Source: Octopus sinensis (lineage: Eukaryota). Taken from it: 64,000 nucleotides of DNA. The stretch lies in the NCBI RefSeq assembly GCF_006345805.1, contig NC_043003.1, forward strand, positions 48,050,001 to 48,114,000, read 5' to 3'. Positions within the stretch are counted from its first letter, which is position 1, and every line of letters starts with the position of its first letter. Positions 10,815 through 24,985 of the stretch are shown here, piece by piece. The notes under the pieces were generated by a model. The model worked only from the letters and a program-made list of their open reading frames with translations. It made no database searches and was not told the DNA's origin. A program made the translations under genes and the position numbers.

Positions 10815-13755
10815 GATTTTTATTTTGATGTTGATGTATTTGACTCAATAGGTCTCCTCAAGCACAGCAGGCCGTCCTACGATCCAAGGTACTTTGGATG
10901 GGCTGGGGCTGCTACACACACACACACGTTCAGATAAGCACATACACATATACATGCATTCAGAGAAGCATGCAAGCATATACACACACCACTTTAGCCA
11001 TTTCTTGCAAGTGAGAATGTGAGAATGATTGAATAGCCTGTACCATGCATTAGCTAACTGCTTCAGGTACTTACATGGTTGAGAGCAGACATAGATACAC
11101 TCTTGGCCCTACCATCCTCGTCACAACAGAACACTGAAGATGTGACTGTTAGAGAGAGGAATGGCTGTGCTAACACTCAGTTGGTACTCATTTTCAGTGA
11201 AGTAGCCTGGAGCAACATGAAGTGATCTGTCTTGCACAGTAAAATTGCATGAACACCCAGCCCAGGAATCAAACTCTTGACCATCCCATCAGCTTCACAC
11301 ACACATACACAGACACACACAGACATGTACACAGACACATACACACACACACCTCTTTCACATATTCAGATTCAAGGAACTGTCTTGGCTTAAACAATAA
11401 AGGTTTGTCACTTTGTTAAAGAGTGGCTTAGATTCTACAAAGAACTTCACTAAATTTCAAAGAAATATACTAACAAACATGCACAACACACACACATATA
11501 AATATAAGCATACATACACACACACACACACTTACAAACTGCAAGAATTGTCTTTAATAGCCTTTTTCACTCAGATAATGAGCTGGTTGAATTCTGTGAA
11601 AAAGAACCTAAATATATTTCAATGAAAAACATCATAAACACACACACATGTGAGTGCCCACACACACACACACACATACATACATATACACTTATGCATG
11701 CACACTAACACAAGCATTTATACACACACATATGCTCGTGCACGCGTTATTCTTGGTGATTCAGTTAGAAGTGGAATGAACTTAAATAAAACCAGGTACT
11801 CAATACATCAAGAAGAAGATAGAATAATTCATATAATAAGAAGTACACACTGTAAAGTAGTTGGCATTAGGATGTTCAACCAGCCTTAGAAACCATGGCA
11901 AAGCAGACACTGGAGCATGATGCAGCCCTTGAACCTGTACAACCCTGACAAACCATCCACTCTAAGCCAGCAGGAAACATGGACAGATAATGATAATGAT
12001 GATGGTGGTGGTGGTGATGATGGTGGTGGTGGTGGTGATGATGATGGTGTTGGTGGTGGTGATGATGATGATGAAGATGAAGTAGCTCTTACAGAAGTGG
12101 TACTGTTTCATTCATAAAGAATTCATCTGCAAGACGCTACTATGTGTCTGTGGTTAAGCGGGTTTGGACAGAACTAGTTGATTGGCAGTTATAGGTGTTG
12201 CAATTTAGTTGGTATAAAGAGGTTTGCATACCACATGATGGTTAGGTCCGCATTACCCCACAAGGAGCATGGGGCCAGTTTCCCAGTATTTCTGGTATAT
12301 ATATGTTCCTCCCCGGATGGGATGCCAGTCCATCACAAAATTACTCATTTTTACCTGCTGAGTGGACTGGAGCAACAGCACAGTCCAGGAATCGAAACCA
12401 CAATCTTGCGATCATGAGTCCAACACTCTAACCACCATACTATGCACATCCACACAAAGAATATGATGCCTCACAGTTTTTTGTGATGACTTTCTGCCCT
12501 TCCAAAATCACTCTGCCTTTCATGTTTTAAAGTTTGATAAAAATAGGATCAAGATCAATTCAAGACTATGGAATGGCAGAATTGTTAGTGTTGGACAAGA
12601 TGCTTTGCAGAATCAGTAATGGCTCTTTGCATTCTGAAGGCAACAAGAGTGTGCCAAGTGATATCATATCATGACATGATGTCACTTGGCACCAAGAAAG
12701 GGATGGTGAAGGGACACTTGCATGCATAGGCAATGGGTAGTCTTCCACAAAAAAACTTGGCTAGTTTGTGCATCATGCTCAACTTTAATCAACTGTAGTC
12801 CTGGACACACACAGACACACGTGTGCATGCATGCACACAAACTCGCACATGTACATGCATACACACACATGTATGTGATGAACTTTTCTCTTTAGTTCTG
12901 TCCACATTTGCTTGATGATATTTAAGTCAGAGCTGGCTAATCTTTCAATATGGTAACACCTTCATCAACCAGTTTCTGTTGTTGCACGTAATCTGTGGTA
13001 TGGCACTCCGTTATGTTGAAAAATCTCACCTTCATCCAAGTCTGGTATCAAATTGTCCTTCAGAAACTGGATGTATTTGGCACTATTCAAGTTACGATCA
13101 ATTTTAACCAACTTTCTTGAACCATCACTCTTTATGTCTCTCCAAAGCATCAGACTCTTACCCCCAATGTCACTGTTTTCATCATGTACGATGGTTGTTT
13201 CGCTTTCCTGGAGATCTTCTGACAAATTCTCACTTATTATTTGATTGCTTTATGTGAGGTGGATGTAAACTTTTGCACAGCTATTTTTGATGGTTGTCTC
13301 GCATCTTCCACTCGCATTTAGAACCCCTACAACACAATATAATGATTAGGCATGGAAATGACTCCAACAGGGCCAATGTTTCATCTGTAAAAAACACAAT
13401 GTGAAACATCCACTTATAAGTTGGCAATTAGTAGAAATTTACAATAGTTTCAAGTGGTCAAAGACTTTTGCACGAAACTGTATGTATGTATGTATGATGT
13501 ATGTGTGTATGTACGCGTGAGTATATATATATATATATATATGTATCCATGCCAGCATGGAAGGCAGACGTTAAATGATGAAGATATATATATATCAGGC
13601 AAGTGAAATCGAAATCGAAATCAAACACAGTGACTGGCATCCATTGCTAGTGGAACGCTAAGAGTACCATACGAGTGAGATCGTTGCCAGTGCAACAAGC
13701 TGGCCTTCATGCCGATGGCATGTTAAAAACACCATTCAAGCATGATCATTACCTG
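10815..13755 (+). repeat. Tandem duplication copy 2 (2941 bp)
   Basis: Collinear with 7236-10814 minus the 9916-10590 insertion; has an expanded GGT/GAT repeat near 12000. Confidence 0.93.
12950..13450 (-). mobile_element. Tc1-like transposase remnant (duplicate of 9290-9800)
   Basis: ORF 12965-13225 has the same motifs. Confidence 0.75.
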
Positions 13756-14075
13756 TGTCGCCTTATTAGCACTTGTGCTGGAGGCACGTGAAAAAACATT
13801 CGAGCGAGGTCATTTCCAGTGCCGCTAGACTGGCTCTGTGCAGGTGGCACATAAAAAGCATCATTTGAGCTTGGACATTGCCAGTACCACCTAACTGGCC
13901 CTCATGCCGGTGGCAAGTAAAAGCACCCACTACACTTTCGGAGTGGTTGGCGTTAGGAAGGGCATCCAACAGTAGAAACTCTGCCAGATCAGATTGGAGT
14001 GTGGTTCGCCAGACCTCAGTCAAATCATCCAACCCATGCTAGCATGGAAAGCAGACATTAAATGATGATGATGAT
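13600..14075 (+). mobile_element. Older RTE 3' UTR fragment with (ATG)n tail
   Basis: aagcacccactacact...ggttggcgttaggaagggcatcc...gcatggaaagcagacattaaatgatgatg. Confidence 0.8.
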
Positions 14076-14510
14076 GAGTAGTTGCCAGTATATTTTACCA
14101 CCACCATTATGAAACAATGAAGATAAGTGTTGACATCACACCACAATGTTAGGGAAGGGATAGATGGCTGTCTGGACAGAAGAAGCAGAAACAGCTGATC
14201 TGATTTCCTTGAATACAGTCCATTACTGACACAATGTGAAAAATATGTGAAAACTTTGTAAAATGTTAATTTTTCACTTAAATTATCATTGGCTTGATGA
14301 CAGGACATGGAAAAGATCCGGTGCCTTAGCTGGCTGCGAGAGACTTCCCTCCTGTTCTTTTGAATGAATTTCAATTAAGGAAAACAACAAAGAGAAAATA
14401 GATGGGGAAAGAGGAGGAGAAGAAAAGAGTAACTGAATGACAGGTAGAATGATGTATGAATTTACAAGTACACATATATACATACATACATATATATATA
14501 TTATATATAC

Positions 14511-14557
<47 letters not shown>

Positions 14558-14653
14558 TATGTATCTATGTATATATATGAGTGTGTGTGTGTGTAATATA
14601 TATATTATATATATATATATATAATATATTATATGTATCTATGTATATATATG

Positions 14654-14705
<52 letters not shown>

Positions 14706-14761
14706 TATACACACACACATACATATATATATATATTATATGTATCTATGTATATATATGA

Positions 14762-14795
<34 letters not shown>

Positions 14796-15590
14796 GTTAC
14801 ATATGTATGGTGTGTGTATGTATATATATATATATACATATATATATATACAAACACACACACATATATATATATATACATACACACATATATATACATA
14901 TATGAATATGCACACACATACACAATAACATTAAAAACAACAACAACCATCCTTAAGACATTCCAAAAATTCTTGGTCTGTATCCACTGGTTGGACATAA
15001 TACATACACATACCATCATTCATATATAACAATGCACACTTACATAAATACAGATACACACACACACACATATTTGAATACAAACACCTGGGCAATGACT
15101 AAATTCCAATAGATATTTGTCACTTTTCTTTGGTAATGGATGCTAATCCCTTTGAAAAAAAAAAACAAATCAATTACAACAGGTATTTCACCATTTCACT
15201 TCTGTTTTACTAATAGGTTTTATAACAAACATGGAAGCGCGTGTGTGTGTGTGCGTGCGTGTGTGTGTGTGCATGCGTGTGTGTGTGGGGGGGGGGTGCT
15301 ATTGTTAAATGATAAAAAATTTTATCATGGCAATTTTTTTTTAAATGGCTTGGTCATGAAAAGAGGTTGTGCCCATGACCTTCGTAGATACACCAACATT
15401 GACATAGTTTGTGTTCAGCCTGAACGCAGATGGGAACCTTTATATACGTAGGTACGTAGATAGATAGATAGATAGATAGATAGACAGATAAATAGGTAGA
15501 CAGCAGATGAGTGGGTTGATAGAGAGATGGATGGAAGCAAGAAAGAGAGTGAAAGTTGAACTCTACACACGAAAATGCCATTTAGTAAAG

Positions 15591-15977
15591 ACTAGCAGTA
15601 TCGCCCGGCGTTGCTCAGGTTTGTAAGGGAAATAACTATAAAACATTTTTAGAGAGTTATAGCCAAAAAATAGCAAAAAAATGGAAAAAAAATGATGGTA
15701 AATTTTTTTTTGAGAGTTAAAAAAGGTGGAGTTGCGTCCCCTAGACGGTCTGTGGTTTGGGTTTCTGATTCTCGACCCCATGTCGAATTTATCGATTTTT
15801 TTCAGAACTGGGGGAACTTTTCAAAATTTTCGCTGCGTTAGTTTTGAATTATGACATTGGGCTATGTGTGTGTCAAGTTTCATCAGAATCGGTTGAAAGC
15901 CGTGGTCAGAGTGAGGGTACGAGAAAACAGACACACAGAAAACGCACAGACAAACTGCCGTTTATATAGAGAGAGAT
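15591..15977 (+). mobile_element. Non-autonomous Helentron/HINE-like element
   Basis: 5' actagcagtatcgcccggcgttgctc is shared with 56768 and 57298; ends tttatatagagagagat; no TSD seen. Confidence 0.6.
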
Positions 15978-16449
15978 GATGCTGTGCTCCCTGGACATAG
16001 CTACTCCATGAACTTCCCAAACAAGCTATGAAGTACTATAATTGCTCCATGTTTCACTCTATATCTACATGTGACACAGATCGTAAAACATGGTTGTTAT
16101 AGTTGCTGATTAGCCCCACACTAGTCTTGAAAAATTTTAACCCATTACCACAAAAATTCCAGTTGCCCCGACTTTTTTTTATTTTCCAGACAATGTATCT
16201 GGGATCACTACACACTGCTTTCTTCTCTTTTAAAGATGTTGGGTGTGATGTGTGATATGATGAAAATTTGGGTGTTATTTCTAACAGGCTGAGTGTTCAC
16301 ATTGTGGCTTCAATCATTCGTTTGTCAGCTGATAACTAAAATATAGTGGTTGAAAGAAAAGTTATCTGCTTTGCTGAAAGTTAATAAAGTGACCTTTCAT
16401 CAGTATTCATGACCTCACCAATGACATTCCCCTTCTATTTTAGGTTGTC

Positions 16450-16830
16450 GTCGTCATCATCATCATTTAACGTCCGTTTTCCATGCTGGCATGGTTGGAT
16501 GGTTTGGCAGGAGCCAGCCAATTAGGGAGCTGTCCAGACTTCAAATTGTCTGTTGTGGCAACGTTTCTACAGCTGGATGCCCTTTCTAATGCCAACCACT
16601 TTATAGAGAGTGTTGGGTACTTGTTATGTGCCACCGGCATGGGAGCATTTATGCAGCACCAGCATGAGCGCATTTTATGTGACACTGGCACCTGTAAAAG
16701 ACAAGCTTGTATGGAAGGATGACAGTGATTTGACTTGGCTTGACACATCTTCTCAAGTACAGCCACAAATCCCGGTCCCTTGCCATTTCCTCAGTGAGGC
16801 CCAGCGTCTGAAGATCTTTTAGGACATTGA
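16450..16830 (-). mobile_element. Older RTE 3' end fragment
   Basis: catcatcatttaacgtccgttttccatgctggcatgg...ctggatgccctttctaatgccaaccac. Confidence 0.75.
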
Positions 16831-16949
16831 TAAACTTAGCTGAATGACTGACTGAACAACTAAAGAATTGATTATTAAATTGTCTTTCTCGGCAATCTGA
16901 AGATAAACAAATTTTATACATTTCATACAGAATGAAGAGAAGCACATTT

Positions 16950-17880
16950 GAGAATCTTCACTGCACTACCAATATCCAAAATCCACCACGTACACAGCAT
17001 AGGTTCTATAACAGCAGAGATTGACTACAAAATGGCATGCCACACTTCTAGACAGAGGAAAAGTCTCAGAGTTTGTTCATCAGAGAGAATATGAAAACCT
17101 GAAAGAACCCACAGAGTCTTTACCATGCAGACAAGTTGTTAACATTGTGATAGATCAACATAAGAAGTGAAAGCTTCAAAATGGATTTGCTGCCACCACT
17201 TTTCTTCAGTCTTGCACAAGCACCAATCTGCAATCTACTGAACAGCAGCAGCAATGGACATAATTGACAGAATGGCAAATTGTATCACTTGTCCTACACT
17301 CATGATCTCAAGATATTTGTGGAGGTTGTCAACCCGCGATGGTTCTACTCAATATTATGAAGACTTGTTGGAATCAACAAGTGTGCCAGAACCATCTTCA
17401 GATCAGTAAAACAGACCGAGACTGCAAGCCTAGACTTTGACAGTAGCATCATGACCGAAGAATTATTTCCAGATAGCACATAAAGTACCTTGGAGGGAAC
17501 AAAGCAGACGACATACAACATTCAACCTTGAATGAGAAGATCCAGAAAGGGCACCGGAAATAACTGTGGATGATATTAAAGTACAAATTGAGTATAGCTG
17601 ACAAATTTAAAGCTATTAACACTTTAGCAATACCCGAAGTGATGTACTACTTCAACAACATCAATTGGAAAGTGAATGACATCAGGAGATTGGCATATAT
17701 GCAGTGCACAAAATGTGGTGATATCCAAAGAAGAGGAAATCCATCTGGGGCCAGTCAATGAATCTTGCATATTTGGGACTCCTCTGACTACCAAGAGGGT
17801 AAGTGCTCTCTCTCATCTGTACTCCCTGGCCTATACATGGATGCCAAAATGTACCCATTGACTAGAGGCATGCTTAAAAA
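16950..17880 (+). mobile_element. Degenerate R4/Dong-like LINE RT remnant
   Basis: KYLG followed by ILKYKLSIADKFKAINTLAIPEVMYYFNNINW resembles the post-RT region of R4/Dong-type elements; many stops. Confidence 0.55.
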
Positions 17881-18529
17881 TAAAGGAGCTTACTCTTAAA
17901 TAATTCTTTCTAAGATAGGCTTGAGGTGAAGGATATATCCTGCTATGTTGTTGGTTGTGTATTTTAGACTCATTGTATTGGCCATACAAAGATAAAAGGC
18001 AAAATTGTCTTCTGCTGGATTTGAACTCAGAACATAAAGCTATATAACCAAATTACTGTATGACATTTTGTTCAATATTCCACCAATTCTGCTAATCCAC
18101 TTAACAACAACAACAGCAGCAGCAATGATAGTTACTTTTATAATTTAATAAAATCACTGATGAACGATTGGTAGTTTGGTAAAATTGGTAGAGCTTGAAC
18201 AAAATGTCTTGTGGCATTTAGCTACAACTCTTTATATTCTGATTTCAAATCACATGAAGGTCAATTTTGCTTTTTATCTCCTCTGGTGTTGATGAAACAA
18301 TGTCACTAATAATACTGATAATACTGACTATGTTCTTCACTGATAATACTGATAAGTCGCTGATAATAGTGACTAAGTTCCTCGCCCAAATTTTAGGCCC
18401 AGTAATTATGTTAGAAATCAATAACAATACTAATACGTTATATTTATTCATTCAATTAAAGATAAACTTAAGCTCTGCAGTGTTTGAACTCAGGATGTAG
18501 AAAGGGCCAGAGTAAATTCTGTATGTCAT

Positions 18530-19620
18530 TTAACCCTTTCGTTACCAAACCGCCCAAAGCCGCCCGAACAAAATTTTGGTTTATGAAACCAAACCGCCCA
18601 AAGCCGCCCGAATTTACCTATTCATATTTAAATGAGAATATCAGAGCAAATCTCTTCAGTACATTCGTGAAAACAGTATTATACTTCGTAAACAGTTCAA
18701 CTACAGTTTTGTACAATAATCGAAGTGTAATTTTAATTCCGTGAATTTTTGGAGATTTTTTTCCGAAATTTGTTCCTATTGTGTTTTCAAAATTTGTAAT
18801 TCTGACAAAAAATGGATACGAATTTCATTATATCAAGCAGCGAGTCAGAATTCGAAGGATTTTCTACTGAAGACCTTCATAAATCTAACTCTATGACTGA
18901 AAAAAAAAGCATGTGGTATTTGATAATGAATCTGATGTTTCATTTTCCGAAAGTGAAAACAGTGAATCTGAGATCTCCGATAGCGATAAAGAAAACGAAT
19001 TGGCACCTGAATGGAGTGAAAATTTAAAAACTGTTTCTTTCGGTGATTTTTCTGAAGAAACTGGACCAAGCCACAGACTTTCCAGGAGAGTAAAGCCTTA
19101 GACTATTTCTTTTTACTTTTTCGAATGAGCCTATTGAAATCATTACAGCGGAGACGAACCGTTACGCTAAACGTAAACAAAGCAAAAGAAACGATAGTTT
19201 GTGGTTTCCCTCAACCTTAAATGAAATTAAGGCCTATTTTGTCATAAATATTATTATGGGTATCAGAAAGTTACCCAGAATAACAAATTCTATCATAAAA
19301 TTTTGTTATATACCCAATTGAATATTAGCTAATAACCCATTTTCTATAGCGATGTTTGAACAAAATTTTAATAATTTTATATTTTGTGGAATTTACCTGT
19401 ATCTACCTGCAATTAGAGTCACTTCGTGACAAAAATTATAGTATAGAATTGGTTGAGAATATTTCATTAAATTATCTTCCAAAAATCAGATTGATATATC
19501 GATAAATAAAAAAGTTATAGTTGTTTAATGAAACCAGACTAAATTTATGATTACGTTACAAATTAATTGAAACACATAAGGGGTGTAATTTGGTCAGAAA
19601 TATAGTAACGAAAGGGTTAA
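18530..19620 (+). mobile_element. piggyBac internal-deletion derivative (TTAA TSDs, 12-bp TIR CCCTTTCGTTAC)
   Basis: TTAA at 18530-18533 and 19617-19620; acidic N-terminus plus PLDYF..ETNRYA..EIKAYF..MGI (PGBD-type), frameshifted and truncated. Confidence 0.88.
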
Positions 19621-20029
19621 TCCATCACGTACCCTTCCCATTCAATGATAATAATAATTCTTTCGAAATTTGGCACAAAACTAGCAATTTTAAGGGAAAG
19701 GGGAAAGCCAATTACATTGATCCCAGTACTTGATTAGTACTTAATTTTATTAAACCCCCAAAAGGATAAGAGGCAAAGTTGGCCTCAGAACCTAAAGGGC
19801 TAAGCATTTTTGGCTGGTGTGTTAACAATTCTGCCAGCTCACTGCCTTACCATTCAATAATACAAGGGGAAGTCAAAAGATATCTAAACTTTCACCAAAA
19901 CTATTTTTAGGTTAGCTGCTTGCTTTCAGTGCTTGCATGCTGAAAGGTGGTCCTCTTGTGGTATGTAACAGAGGTTTGACCTTGATTGCTCCAGTTTTCT
20001 TTCTTGCATTAGAGAAGACTTGTCAAGCC

Positions 20030-20470
20030 AAGTGAAACAGAAGTCATGTCTGATGTTGGTTCGTCTAACTGGCACCTGAGCTGGTGGCATGTAAAGAGCA
20101 CCTTTTGAGCATTGGGCTTGACAGAAGCAAAGTGGCTGAGTTCCTTTGAGCGTTGGGCTTCATGGAAGCAATGACCAAGACCTTTGGCATTGTGTTGTGC
20201 TTTAAAAGAAGACCCATCAAGCCGAACAAAATCGCAGTTGTGGCAGATACTGGTGTCACACAAATGGCACCTATGCCAGTGGCATGTAAAAGCACCCTTA
20301 AAATTTAAAAGCGGTTGGCGTTAAGAAGGGCATCCAGCTGTAGAAAATCATGCCAAACCAGACTGGAGTCCGATACAGCCTTCCAGCTTACCAGCCCTGG
20401 TCAAACCGTCCAACCCATGCCAGCATGGACAACAGATGTTAAATTATGGTGATGATGATGATGATGATGT
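20030..20470 (+). mobile_element. RTE 3' UTR fragment, different subfamily, (ATG)n tail
   Basis: Ends ccatgccagcatggacaacagatgtt...gatgatgatg. Confidence 0.75.
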
Positions 20471-20479
20471 TACACATTA

Positions 20480-21600
20480 ATCATGGCCACTCCACTGGCA
20501 GTGTGCATCAAGGAAGAATGGATCAGTGATCTGATTTCTCTGGTCTAAAAGTGTGTCAGGAGCTGAAATTCATTGTGGGGTTCTAGTACAATATAAGGAC
20601 AGTGCTCTACTGCATAGAATTGCATATGGGTAGATGAAGAAGTCAAAAATGGCTGGGCAAGCATAAAGCACAAAGAGGGAGCAGGATGCTCATCAACTTC
20701 TATCACAGACATGTAGATTCAACAAGCTCAAGAGATGGTTTAGGTGAGCCAACAAGTGACCATTGATGACGTGACATGTTCTCTGCATATTATTCACAGT
20801 TCTGTATACAAAATCATTCATGACAAGCATTGCTAGTGTAAAATCTGTGTGTGATGGGTACCAAGAAAGCTTACCAAAACATATAAGCACAATTGTGTGG
20901 AGATCTGTCAATGCTTACTCGACCACTACAATGATGAAGGCAAAGTTTTTTCAGAGAGAATAGTTGAAGTGGATGAAACTTGGGTTTATCATTTTGAACC
21001 AGAATCCAAAAGGCAGTGAATGGAGTGGAAACACCCAGAATCACCCGCAAAAAAAGGAATTCAAGACTCAACCTTCAACAGAAAAAGTGATGCTAACCAG
21101 TTTTGGGGATGCAGAAGGGCCTGTACAGGAACATTAGCTGGAAAAGGGATCTACAGTCACAAGTGTAAGTTACAGAGAAATGCTGACCAACAAAGTGAAA
21201 CCAGCAATTTGCTTCAAACGCTGAAGTCTATTGTCAAAGTAAGTGTTATTGTTACACATAGTTACACAACAATGCACACCAACATGCAGTTACCTACACC
21301 ATTAAAACCATTGAAAAATTGGGTTTCAAGTTGTTGGAACACACTTTATACCGTCCAGATCTTGCCCCTTCCAACTATCACCTCTTTGAACTGCTCAAAC
21401 ATCTTCTATATGGGCATTGATTTGCTACAGATGAAGAAATGCAGGAAACAGTGCATAAATAGCTGTGCAACCAGCTGAAAACCTTCTCTGATGGAATAAG
21501 TAAGCTTGTGGACTACTGGAAAAAGCACATGAGAAAGCAAGGTTTTCGGTTTAAGAAATTACAGAAACAAGGGTGCATACACTTTTTGACATACCCTTGT
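20480..21600 (+). mobile_element. Near full-length degenerate mariner transposase
   Basis: WVPRKL, VDETWVYHFEPESKRQ and LYRPDLAPSNYHLF motifs in order, with multiple stops and frameshifts. Confidence 0.88.
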
Positions 21601-22415
21601 ATTAATAATTCTTTCTAATTTTGGCACAAAACCAGCTATTTTGAGGAGAGGAAAAATCAATTACATCAACCCTAGGACTCAACAGGTGCTTATTTTATCG
21701 ACCATAAAAGGATGAAAGGCAAACCTGACTTCAGCAGAATTTGAACTCAGGAAGTAAAAGCAGGAAGAAATGCAGCTAAACTTTTTGTCTATATAAATTT
21801 TGACTAAATAAAGTGTGTTCCAACAACTTGAAACCCAATTTTTCAATGGTTTTAATGGTGTAGGTAACTGTATGTTGGTGTGCATTGTTGTGTAACTATG
21901 TGTAACAATAACACTTACTTTGACAATAGACTTCAGAAGTCTAAATTCCGTTTTTGGATTTGGTTTGCAAGATTCTTTATATGAGTTTGTTTGTTGAAGC
22001 ATATTCTGTTGTGTCTGGGGAGAGTCATTTTCTTTTTGTGCCTTATAATTTCCATTTATTTATTTTTATTTTCCTAAAATTTTCGTTGCATCTTACAACC
22101 ACCTTAAGTCACAAAAAGAAAATGACTCTCCCCAGACACAACAGAAGTCTAAAGTTTTAAAGGAAAAAAAAAGACAAAAAAAACTCAATAATTAAATACA
22201 TGTATATAAAAGTAATTATGTATCTTATGTGTTGCTTGTTGTCTTCGTTACCTGTTAATAAAGTTTAAGAAAATAGATAATGCAAATCAGTTGAACCATA
22301 AACCTACCTATACTCACTGTAATTTTAAACTAAAAACATGCAAAAGAAAAAATTAGGCAAAAAAAGAAGAGCAAAGAAAAAAGTGAAGAAAAGAAACAGC
22401 AAAAAAGCTACCTAC

Positions 22416-22501
22416 TTGTGGAATTCACAAGCTGCTTTACTTTGTCAATAAATGGTGGGAAACCAATTTGGTCCATTGAAGCACCAACCTGATTTATGAA
22501 C
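22416..22501 (-). CDS. Candidate 86-nt internal exon of an unidentified host gene (FINQVGASMDQIGFPPFIDKVKQLVNST)
   Basis: Acceptor ttttttcag, donor gtaggt, one open frame (phase 2 to phase 1), non-repeat sequence. Product not recognised. Confidence 0.45.
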
Positions 22502-22565
22502 CTGAAAAAATAACAGCAGTGTTCTTTAATTAATATTGGTACAAATATATACACACACATACATA

Positions 22566-22621
<56 letters not shown>

Positions 22622-23121
22622 GAAAGCAGCAAAAGTATCACAGAAACTGTTACCCAGAGTTTCACGTTCCCATTTGCTGAACAGTTTTGTTTAGAATGGA
22701 ACAAAAATAAGGTTATATGCAAAAATATACAATTAGTTTGATAGATACACATTTGAAAATGGTTTTGTTTCATTGGTCCTTTCAACTAACGGTCTTTTCA
22801 ATAACCAGTTGCATGCAATAACAAATTCTGGTATAAAATCATATTATTATAAAAATCAAAGAAAACCTTAAATCAAAAATAGCTTATAAAGAAGAAAAAG
22901 GCCTGAATACCCAGGGTAAATAATTAGTTGTAAAATATTAATCAATTAATAAATTAAATTAATTAATAAATTAAAAGATATCTGTTTAAAAAAATTTTCA
23001 CACTAGATTACATATGCATTTAGCAGTATATACATACACATACCAAACCATCTATAATATACATATATACACTAAACATACAGATGCAGGTATATGGCTA
23101 CATACATATACAGACATAAAT

Positions 23122-23500
23122 ATACCGTAAATCCTCGTGTATAATCCGCATTTTTTCCCCAAAATTTAAAGGTTAAAATCCCTAGTGTGTACTATATACG
23201 AGGTTAAAAATGAAAATTATTTTCCAAGCAATGTCCGAGTCTCTATTTGCCGTCCGGCAATGTTTATTTAGACGCATTTTGTGACGTCGGACACAAAAAT
23301 ACCTTAAGCTAAGCCTGAAAGCAATAAAGTCATAACAGTTTAAGGGGCAGTAGATGGGGTCTGATTGGTGCCAAAATTTACACTGGGGGGTAAAATGGGG
23401 TGGGCAATGGTGTGAGGGGGATTGCAAGTCACTCGGGGCTACCGTTTGGTTGCTATCACCACCAAAATCCGAGCGAAGCACGTGTCAAAATAGCTAGTCT
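23122..23500. mobile_element. Composite of a pogo/Tc2-like terminus (+) and a Helentron-like end (-)
   Basis: TA-ccgtaaatcctcgtgtataa start; minus-strand actagctattttgacacgtgcttcgctcg end. Weak, recalled similarity only. Confidence 0.35.
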
Positions 23501-23538
23501 ATATATATCTATATATATATATATATATATATTATATA

Positions 23539-23576
<38 letters not shown>

Positions 23577-23600
23577 TCTCTCTCTATATATATATATATG

Positions 23601-23631
<31 letters not shown>

Positions 23632-23634
23632 GTC

Positions 23635-23752
<118 letters not shown>

Positions 23753-24184
23753 TTATCTTTATATATATATATATATATAAATATAATATATAACTATATC
23801 TATATATATGTATGTACATTACACATACACACACACATACATACTTGTTTATTATTCTACACCAGCAAGCAATGTAGCTGTTATGTAAATTACTAACATG
23901 CTGGTAATTATAGCAAAACTTAATGTAAAAATAAAACACTGGTATGTGAATAATCTACATAACAAAACACCTGAAAATGTCTAATTTTCAAATCAGTCTA
24001 TCTGGTTTATTTATATCCTTTTATAGTATAGAAACATAACAACAGTAGCTTTAAATAGAACTTCAGAGTAGCAGCATAATGTAGGGCATTTGACTGCTAA
24101 TGAAGATTAATAAACTAAAAATGGCAATATCTGGTTAATCCTTCTTTTACAGAATGTAGTGAGGTTATATCATAAACATGCCCA

Positions 24185-24360
24185 AGAAGCTCCTGGAAGT
24201 AGTAGAAAGTTTCTGTTACCTAGGTCACCTAATTAGCAGTGGAGCAGGATGTTCTGAAAGTATAGTTGGCAGAATAAGAATAGGATGGAAAAAAGTTCTA
24301 GGAGTTATTACCACTGTTGGTATTAAAATGTCTCTTCTTCAGAATGTTAGATAGATTGTG
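24185..24360 (+). mobile_element. Old RTE RT-thumb remnant
   Basis: LEVVESFCYLG..ISSGAGCSES matches LEIVDSFRYLGDQVSSGGGCAES of ORF 49972-51702. Confidence 0.7.
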
Positions 24361-24544
24361 TGATACTTGTGTATGAACAGTAATGTTACACGGGCCTTGA
24401 ATGCTGAGGACGTGCAAATGCCGGAAAGAAATGTATGCTGCTAATGGGTGTGCAATATCAGCGCATGAACAACATAGTGCAAATCAGATGTAGTTTGCAA
24501 AAGAGAATGCTGCACTGTATGCTCATGTCATACATATGGATGGA

Positions 24545-24985
24545 AGGCGCATGGCTTAATGGTTGTTGCTTGTTGTCTTTGTTACCTGTTAATAAAGTTT
24601 AACAAAATAGATAATGCAAATCAGTTGAACCACAAACCTACCTATACTCACTGTAATTTTAAACTAAAAACATGCAAAAGAAAAAAATCAGGCACACAAT
24701 CACAAGATCGTGATTTCAATTCCCAGCGACATGTTGTGTCCTTAGGCAAGACACTTTATTTCACATTGCTCCAGTACACTCACTCAGCTGGCAAAAATGA
24801 ATAGAACTTGTATTTCAAAGGGCCAGCCTTGTCACACTCTGTGTCTTGTGGAATCTCTCTATGAACTATTTTAAGGGCACATGTGTCTGTGGAGTGCTCA
24901 GCCACTTGCATGTTAATTTCACGAGCAGGCTGTTCCATTGATTGGATCAACTGGAACCCTCATCATCATAATTGATGGAGTAGCA
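24545..24985 (+). mobile_element. tRNA-derived SINE (family S2) with a 131-bp insertion in its head
   Basis: ggcgcatggcttaatggtt...caagatcgtgatttcaattccc head; tail matches 31290-31480. Confidence 0.7.

Noticed and set aside
14039-14374. 111-aa minus-strand ORF
   Set aside because: No recognisable domain, and it ends in an RTE tail. Only the nearby acceptor is kept, as a speculative terminal exon.
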